50,338 bases of DNA from Paracoccaceae bacterium (GTDB lineage: Bacteria; Pseudomonadota; Alphaproteobacteria; Rhodobacterales; Rhodobacteraceae). The DNA lies in NCBI GenBank assembly GCA_026982515.1, contig JALSGY010000424.1, positions 1 to 50,338 of the forward strand. The letters run 5' to 3'. The translations under genes and the position numbers were made by a program. The notes beneath the pieces are model-generated. The model was not told the origin of the DNA, ran no database searches, and saw only the letters and a list, made by a program, of their open reading frames with translations. How positions within the stretch are numbered: the stretch's first letter is position 1; each line of letters starts with the position of its first letter. This document shows, in pieces, positions 44,361 through 50,338 of the stretch.

Positions 44361-46265
44361 ATGGAATTAGGGTTCTCGGTTTCGATCGGCGCATTCCCGA
44401 TCGATGGGGCGGCAAACCAGGGTCAGGGAGGAGACACACCAGGAGTGGAAGCACAGATCAACATCATTCGCCGTTCCCGGCTCTGGTGCGCGCCGGAAGG
44501 GGTTGTCTTCGAGGTGGCGGTCAGCGGGTTCGATGCCGCCGGGCCGAGCGGTGGCGCGATCTACGATGACCGCTTTCATGACCTGTATTATTTCTGGGAT
44601 TTCGGCGATGCCTACACGTTCAGCGCGCCGCAGAACCTTCCGCCCGTTCATCGCAATGCCAATGTCGCCTATGGGCCGATGGCGTCTCATACCTATCGCG
44701 CAGAGGGCATCTATACCGTTTCGGTCCTGGTGGTCGAACCCTCTTCAGGCAAGCAGGCCACAGCAACCCTGCAGGTGCCTGTCGGCAACCCGGATGCCCA
44801 GTTTCCGGGGCTGAATACGCTGTTTGTCAGCCCGTCATCGGACTGGACAAATGCGCCGGCTGGCGCCGGGCACTACACCTCTTTCGACGCGGCAATCGCT
44901 GCCGTGCTGGGCAATGATGCAGCCCCCAGGCGCATCCTGCTGAACCGGGGGGAAAACCACACATTTTCCGGCGCAGGCCTTGGCACATCTTCTGCCAGCC
45001 GCTGGCCCACCTGTCATATCATGGCCGGCGCCGGCACCGGCGCCCGCCCTGTCGTTAGCTGCACCGGCGGGTTTTACTGGGACGACACGGCAACGACAGG
45101 AAGCGGTGCAGACAAGGACTTCGTGCTGCAGGGCATTGACTTTGTCGGGCCCTATTCCAGCGTTACCAATTCCGGGACCGCAATTGACCTGTTTACCATG
45201 TTCCAGAATGCGCCCCAGTTGCTGTTGCTTGACCAGGTGTCGATGTCGGGCTTCGGGCATGCGATCTTCTCGACCGACTATGGCAGTTCCAGTTCGGCGC
45301 ATCGCACAACCGTTCTGAATGACAGTGTGATCACCGACTTCCAGGCCTGGGGGTTTGCTGACTACGACAAGTTTGCCACCGCGATCACGGGATGTTCCCT
45401 GCGGGCCCATGTGGATGCCCTTGTAGACAGCACGCCGAACATGGGGGCCCCGCTTCGTTCGAACGGGGGCAAGACGATCGTTCACAGTTGTGACGGGTTC
45501 AGTCGTCAGGGCTGGTCGCCGCACGGCGACCACATTGCGACCCAACCCAGTTTCCGGCTGAATGCGGAAGGTGTCGCCGGGGCAAAGATCGTGGTCGCGG
45601 CCAGCGCAGTCGAGGGCGGGCACGAAGCCTTGCAGATCAAGCTGTCCGGTGTCGGAACCGCCCATGCCGTCAATGCCCTGATCGAAAAGAATTACATGGT
45701 CGGCGGCTATCAGACCTACAATATGGTTTCCCTCGACATGGGGGGGGTGACGGTCAGAAACAACGTGATGGTCTGGCCCGACACCGGGCGCCTGCAGACA
45801 ACAAACGACCCCAGCGCCTTTGTGCGTGCCGACAGCTCGCAAGGCGATGGGGAAAACCAGTCCAGTCCGATTCGGGTCTATTCCAACACGATGGTGAATT
45901 TGCTTGCGGCCGCCAACCATACCTGGACGGATCAGCCTGCCGCCAGGGTGAATGTCACCGGCTTCACCGCCGTGACCGAGGCCAACAACGTCGAATACCA
46001 GCCGAACCTGACAAGCCCCGTCACCGGCGATGCGCCGCTGGCAACCAGCCCCGCCATGTGGGTGCCGCGCGAAAAGGGTTACAGGACCAGTTCGGTGCCC
46101 CTGCAATCGCAAACCGCAACGCCACCCGGGATCACGGCGACCTACGCGCCGCTTTCCGGCTCTGATGCCATCGGCGATGCCCTGGCCGGTCCGGTTGCCC
46201 GAGATGACTTTGACGGCGATGTGCGGCCACAATACCCGTCGCGCGGTGCATTTGAGATGCCCTAG
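44361..46265 (+). CDS. PKD-domain plus right-handed beta-helix-like protein (polysaccharide lyase, glycanase or epimerase candidate); no obvious signal peptide
   Basis: ATG at 44361 is preceded by AGAGG. PKD signature: YYFWDFGDAYTF...GPMASHTYRAEGIYTVSVLVVEP. The rest is rich in short beta-strand repeats (FVLQGIDFVGP, VLNDSVITDF, VTVRNNVMVWPD). Confidence 0.65.
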   Translation: MELGFSVSIGAFPIDGAANQGQGGDTPGVEAQINIIRRSRLWCAPEGVVFEVAVSGFDAAGPSGGAIYDDRFHDLYYFWDFGDAYTFSAPQNLPPVHRNANVAYGPMASHTYRAEGIYTVSVLVVEPSSGKQATATLQVPVGNPDAQFPGLNTLFVSPSSDWTNAPAGAGHYTSFDAAIAAVLGNDAAPRRILLNRGENHTFSGAGLGTSSASRWPTCHIMAGAGTGARPVVSCTGGFYWDDTATTGSGADKDFVLQGIDFVGPYSSVTNSGTAIDLFTMFQNAPQLLLLDQVSMSGFGHAIFSTDYGSSSSAHRTTVLNDSVITDFQAWGFADYDKFATAITGCSLRAHVDALVDSTPNMGAPLRSNGGKTIVHSCDGFSRQGWSPHGDHIATQPSFRLNAEGVAGAKIVVAASAVEGGHEALQIKLSGVGTAHAVNALIEKNYMVGGYQTYNMVSLDMGGVTVRNNVMVWPDTGRLQTTNDPSAFVRADSSQGDGENQSSPIRVYSNTMVNLLAAANHTWTDQPAARVNVTGFTAVTEANNVEYQPNLTSPVTGDAPLATSPAMWVPREKGYRTSSVPLQSQTATPPGITATYAPLSGSDAIGDALAGPVARDDFDGDVRPQYPSRGAFEMP

Positions 46266-46427
46266 GAAACAGTCCCCGCCCAGAGGGGTCGGCACGGCTT
46301 TACTCCGCAAGCGCGCATCGGCATAGAGGGCCGGTAGTTCTTGAGGGGTCCGGCCTGTGGTCTTCGGTTTCAACATATCTGCAGACATCATTCCCCCGGT
46401 GGCCCGCCTCGGCGGCCGGCGCCTCTG

Positions 46428-48392
46428 ATGTGCGGGATCACCGGATTCCTCTGGCCCCCGGGCCAGCCGCAAGGACGCGATGCCCCCGAAGTCGTGCGCG
46501 CGATGATGCGCACGATCGCGCACCGCGGGCCGGATTCGCAAGGTCACTGGTGCGACGCCGCCGCCGGGGTTGCCCTTGGCCACCTGCGCCTGGCGATCGT
46601 TGACCTGAGCCCGACGGGCCATCAGCCGATGGCCTCGCCCACGGGGCGCTATCAACTGGTGTTCAACGGTGAGGTCTACAATTTCCAGTCCTTGCGGCAG
46701 GAACTGGAACAGGCCGGGCTGGCCCCGCCCTGGCGGGGCACATCCGATACCGAAGTGCTGATTGCCGGCATCGAGGCCTGGGGGCTGGAAGACACCCTCA
46801 GACGCACGCAGGGGATGTTCGCCCTTGCCCTGTGGGACCGGGAAAGACAAATGCTCAGCCTGGCCCGCGACCGGCTTGGGGAAAAGCCGCTTTACTATGG
46901 CTGGCAAGGCACGGGGCGCGATGCGTTGTTTCTTTTCGGCTCCGAGCTGAAGGCCCTGCGGGCGCATCCCGGCTTTCAGGAGCGTATCGACCGGAATTCC
47001 CTGGTTGCCATGCTGCGCCACGGCCATGTGCCGGAAGATCGGACAATTTACGAAGGTGTGGCCAAGCTGCGCCCCGGCGAGATCGCCGAAATCTCGCGGC
47101 AGGCGCCGGCCCCGGCGCGGCGGCACTACTGGGATGGCGGCCAGGTCGCCGCAGCGCCCCGCCCCCCTGCCCCGGATCCGCAAGAGGCCGTCGACCGGCT
47201 GGAGGCGCTTCTGCTCGATGCGGTTGGTCAGCAAATGATATCGGATGTGCCGCTCGGGGCGTTCCTGTCGGGGGGGATCGACAGCTCGACCATCGTTGCG
47301 CTGATGCAGCACCTGTCGGAACGTCCGGTGCATACCTTTTCCATCGGCTTTCATGAGGCACGCTACAACGAAGCGGTGTTTGCCGCAGAGGTCGCGGCCC
47401 ATCTGGGCACCCACCACACCGAGCTGTATGTCGGCGACACCGACCTGCGGGACGTGATCCCGCGCCTGCCGGACATGTATGACGAACCCTTCGCCGACAG
47501 TTCGCAAATTCCGACCTTCCTCGTGGCGCAGCTTGCGCGCCAGCATGTGACCGTCGCCCTTTCCGGGGATGGCGGCGACGAGCTGTTTGCCGGGTATGAC
47601 CGCTACCGCCAGGGGGCCTCGCTGATGAAGGCGGTCCGCGCCCTGCCCCGGCCATTGCGCGCACTTGGTGCCGGTGCTGTCCGCACCCTGCCCGTGCCCC
47701 TGCTCAACCGGCTGATGGAGCCCCTGCGCCCGACCCCGCAGGGCAAGGAACCCAACGGCCAGCGCCTGCACCGGCTGGCCGACTATGCCCGCAGCCGCAA
47801 CGTGGAAGAATTGCATCGCAAGCTCGTCTCGATCTGGCGCTTCCCCGAGGCGGCGGTGATCGGCGGCAAGAGCCCGCCCAGCATTCTGGCCGACCACGTG
47901 CCGCCCCGCGGCAACCTGAGCGACCTTGAGCGCATGATGCAGCTCGACATGCTGGCCTACATGCCCGACGATATCCTGACCAAGGTCGACCGTGCCACCA
48001 TGGCCGTGGCGCTGGAAAGCCGGGCCCCGCTGCTTGATCACCGGGTCGCCGAGTTCGCCTGGTCCCTGCCGCAGGATCTGAAGATCCGTGATGGCAAATC
48101 GAAATGGGTGTTGCGCCAGGTGCTTTACCGGCATGTGCCGAAAGCGCTGATCGAGCGCCCCAAGATGGGGTTCGAGGTGCCGATCGGACTGTGGCTGCGC
48201 GGCGGGCTGCGCGACTGGGCCGAAGCGCTTCTGGCGCCGGACCGGCTGACGCGCGAAGGGTTTCTCGACCCGGCGCTCATCACCCGGCTCTGGGGGCAGC
48301 ATCAGTCGGGCAGTCACAACTGGGGCCTGCAACTGTGGAATGTGCTGATGTTCCAGGCCTGGCTGGAAAGACAATCGCAAGATCCGGCATAG
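46428..48392 (+). CDS. asnB: Asparagine synthase (glutamine-hydrolysing)-family amidotransferase
   Basis: N-terminal nucleophile MCGITGF. Also HRGPD, LAIVDLS, FNGEVYNF and the PP-loop FLSGGIDSS. It is 654 aa long. Confidence 0.85.
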   Translation: MCGITGFLWPPGQPQGRDAPEVVRAMMRTIAHRGPDSQGHWCDAAAGVALGHLRLAIVDLSPTGHQPMASPTGRYQLVFNGEVYNFQSLRQELEQAGLAPPWRGTSDTEVLIAGIEAWGLEDTLRRTQGMFALALWDRERQMLSLARDRLGEKPLYYGWQGTGRDALFLFGSELKALRAHPGFQERIDRNSLVAMLRHGHVPEDRTIYEGVAKLRPGEIAEISRQAPAPARRHYWDGGQVAAAPRPPAPDPQEAVDRLEALLLDAVGQQMISDVPLGAFLSGGIDSSTIVALMQHLSERPVHTFSIGFHEARYNEAVFAAEVAAHLGTHHTELYVGDTDLRDVIPRLPDMYDEPFADSSQIPTFLVAQLARQHVTVALSGDGGDELFAGYDRYRQGASLMKAVRALPRPLRALGAGAVRTLPVPLLNRLMEPLRPTPQGKEPNGQRLHRLADYARSRNVEELHRKLVSIWRFPEAAVIGGKSPPSILADHVPPRGNLSDLERMMQLDMLAYMPDDILTKVDRATMAVALESRAPLLDHRVAEFAWSLPQDLKIRDGKSKWVLRQVLYRHVPKALIERPKMGFEVPIGLWLRGGLRDWAEALLAPDRLTREGFLDPALITRLWGQHQSGSHNWGLQLWNVLMFQAWLERQSQDPA

Positions 48393-48424
48393 GAACCGGG
48401 CCCCCGCCCGCTGAAAGCCCCCTG

Positions 48425-49684
48425 TCACCCGTGGCGCGGATTTTTGCGCCCATGCTTCATGTATCGCTCGGCCAGGGCTGCCAGAAACATCCCGTTGCCG
48501 GCAATGATCAGCCAGTCAAACGGCAACCTGAATCTCACCCGTGTGAAAAAGACCGCATAGGCCAGGCCCGCCCCGACCCACAGGCACAGGAAAAGCAGCT
48601 CCACCGGAGAAAAGGGAAATTGCCGCCTGAGGGCGACATGCACCACCAGGGGAAGGATCATGCCACCATAGGAGATGAGCAGCACCATCTCCCGGGTGCC
48701 GATCCCGACCCCCGAGGCACCGCCGTCAATGACCTTGTCTGACACCAGGTCGTTGGTGAAGTGAAACCAGTGAGCGAACTTGCCGGCGTAGCGGGTTCCG
48801 GCGCGCAACGGGTCGTTCCGGATTTCCCGGATGGCGGCACGGGTCATGATCCTGTTTGCCGCAACCTCATCGGCGCCGGTGAGATCGGCATACACATATT
48901 CCGGGAAGCGGATTTCGGTGCTCGTGTCATGTCTGGCCTCGGGCGTGTTCCCGACCAGAAGATTGTATCCGGCGCTCGTTGAAACGGGGATGAATGTGTC
49001 GAAGGCCATATGGTTGCGCATGGACCATGCGCCGACGAGGGACAGGCTGACCGCGCAGAAAACCAGGGACTGCATCCAGCGATGTCTTGAATGGATGACA
49101 ATCCACCCCAGGAAAACCGGCAGGAGCAACAGCGCCACGGGAATGGTCAACACAAGATATCCGAATGACAGCCCCGCCAGCGCCGCGACCATTGGAAAGG
49201 GCCCATGTGCAAGACGCTCCAGAAAATTCACGGTGATGATCAGGACAAGCGCCGCAAGGGTCTGGGGATACAGCGTTGACGATGCATAGATCACGACCGG
49301 CCATGTCGGGACGAGGGCAACCGCGATCAATCCGGCAAGCGGCGTGCTGATCCGGCGGATGAAATGAAACAGCACAACCAGGCTGAGGCCGACCAGCAGG
49401 GCATTTGCCAGGCGCAGCCCGACCACGCCCGCACCCATTTTGACAAGGGGCGCCAGGAAGAAGATCAGCCCCGGTGCCCGATAGGCGGTAAGCTCCCCAT
49501 TCTCGTCGGCATAGCGCCCATGGGTTGCCAGGCTGTCGGCAATGGCGATGAAGGCCGTCTCATCGAAAGACCTGATCCTGCCGCCTTCAAGAAAAATGAC
49601 GCCCCAGCAGATCAGAACCACAAGGGTTGCAACCGTATATGCCCAGAGCTTTTCGCGGCCCGAAATGAAGCCAGGAACCCACAT
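48425..49684 (-). CDS. GT-C-fold membrane glycosyltransferase candidate (ArnT/PMT_2-like)
   Basis: 419-aa polytopic protein. The first-loop motif RSFDETAFIAIADSLATHGRY resembles the DE-motif of ArnT/GT83/GT39 enzymes. It lies immediately downstream of the GtrB-like GT2 on the same strand. Confidence 0.6.
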   Translation of the reverse strand: MWVPGFISGREKLWAYTVATLVVLICWGVIFLEGGRIRSFDETAFIAIADSLATHGRYADENGELTAYRAPGLIFFLAPLVKMGAGVVGLRLANALLVGLSLVVLFHFIRRISTPLAGLIAVALVPTWPVVIYASSTLYPQTLAALVLIITVNFLERLAHGPFPMVAALAGLSFGYLVLTIPVALLLLPVFLGWIVIHSRHRWMQSLVFCAVSLSLVGAWSMRNHMAFDTFIPVSTSAGYNLLVGNTPEARHDTSTEIRFPEYVYADLTGADEVAANRIMTRAAIREIRNDPLRAGTRYAGKFAHWFHFTNDLVSDKVIDGGASGVGIGTREMVLLISYGGMILPLVVHVALRRQFPFSPVELLFLCLWVGAGLAYAVFFTRVRFRLPFDWLIIAGNGMFLAALAERYMKHGRKNPRHG

Positions 49685-49823
49685 TCAAAAACACCATGAA
49701 GCCTGCCCGCATAATCGTCTGCTGGCTGCGGGAGGCGAAAAAAATCACGCTCTCCAATACCTGGAGCGCGCGTCAGCCTACCATGGTTTCCGTTTTGGCG
49801 AAAGAGCCCGGCCGAACGGCCTC

Positions 49824-50338
49824 TCAGGCCTGCCATACCCCGGCGCGTTCGGCTTCGATGCGCGCGACCGCGCCGGTCTTGCCGCGCAGCAGCGCCTGCC
49901 ACTGGTAGGCGCGGATGAAACGGCGCAGTTCCACATCGCCATGCTGTTCGGACCGCTTCAGCATGGCCCCGAAATAACCCTGCAACATCGCCAGCCCGCC
50001 CAGCACATAAGGAGGATGCGCCATGCGGAAAACTGCGGTGGCGATGAAATACAGCGGATGGGTGCCCATGTAATACTGTCCGAACCCGTGCCGGCGGCGG
50101 CCGGTAAAGATGCTTTGTTGCGAAGACCCCATCGGACGCAGGTGCTCGAAGCGCAGCTCGGGGTCGTCCCAGCTGACCGCGATCCAGCCCAATTGCCGGG
50201 CCTTGTGGCAATCGATGGCGTCCCACATGACCTCGCGCACGAAGCCGCCGATCTGGCGGAAGCAGTCCACGCGATAGAATTTCGTCATCCCGACCGACAT
50301 CTCATCGCCGCATTTTTCCGAAACCATCCGCCCCGAGG
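49824..50338 (-). CDS. 3' (C-terminal) part of the junction-spanning GT2 gene (see feature 1..536)
   Basis: The ORF ends with a stop at 49824. The translation ...MVSEKCGDEMSVGMTKFYRVDCFRQIGGF...THPLYFIATAVFRMAHPPYVLGGLAMLQGYFG has a hydrophobic C-terminal segment as in GtrB/ArnC. The frame is continuous with 1..536 through the overlap. Confidence 0.8.
   Translation of the reverse strand, partial: SGRMVSEKCGDEMSVGMTKFYRVDCFRQIGGFVREVMWDAIDCHKARQLGWIAVSWDDPELRFEHLRPMGSSQQSIFTGRRRHGFGQYYMGTHPLYFIATAVFRMAHPPYVLGGLAMLQGYFGAMLKRSEQHGDVELRRFIRAYQWQALLRGKTGAVARIEAERAGVWQA
50212..50338. repeat. Terminal overlap, copy 2 (identical to 1..127)
   Basis: Direct base-by-base comparison with 1..127. Confidence 0.9.

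Noticed and set aside
44835-48428. Very long antisense ORFs in the supplied track. Examples are 44835..48428 (1197 aa), 13040..15568, 19944..23258, 25069..27135, 28975..31566, 751..2034, 37391..38923, 42458..44185 and 33951..34784.
   Set aside because: Their translations are dominated by Arg/Gly/Pro/Ala/His with no recognisable motifs. Each lies opposite an ORF with clear family signatures (AsnB, beta-helix protein, NRPS, PKS, exosortase, GT-C, Wzy, GalE). Long stop-free antisense frames are expected at this GC content.

Overview
High-GC sequence that looks alphaproteobacterial (Rhodobacterales/roseobacter-like; inference). Its first 127 bp are identical to its last 127 bp, so the window reads as an assembled closed circle of 50,211 unique bp. 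It appears to be a RepA-type plasmid. It carries a replication initiator protein A, ParA/ParB, a candidate oriV (perfect DnaA box, three iterons phased at 22 bp, an AT-rich tract) and two parS-like palindromes flanking parB. I saw no rRNA, tRNA, CRISPR, IS/transposase, relaxase/T4SS or obvious toxin-antitoxin genes. The cargo falls into four groups. (1) An exosortase-EpsI fusion (XrtD-like) and a single secreted protein ending in a VPLPA-CTERM sorting signal. (2) A large surface-glycan toolkit: Wzx-like flippase, Wzy/O-antigen-ligase-like protein, several GT2/GT4 enzymes, a WecB/TagA-family GT, a DegT aminotransferase, GalE, AsnB-type amidotransferase, a polysaccharide deacetylase, a SAM methyltransferase, a UbiA-type polyprenyl-phosphate phosphoribosyltransferase-like enzyme, a GtrB/ArnC-like GT2 and two GT-C-like membrane proteins. 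(3) A translationally coupled orphan operon: type I PKS (KS-AT-KR-DH-CP-TE), GT2, an NRPS-like module (formyltransferase, degenerate C, Gly-code A domain interrupted by a luciferase-like monooxygenase, PCP) and an EntD/Sfp-type PPTase. This operon is divergent from the VPLPA-CTERM gene. (4) Two large beta-helix proteins. The most interesting reading is a compact plasmid-borne exosortase system next to lipid-linked-sugar and carrier-protein-dependent machinery that might build the unknown acceptor or modification for the sorted protein. Many long antisense ORFs in the supplied track are high-GC artefacts.
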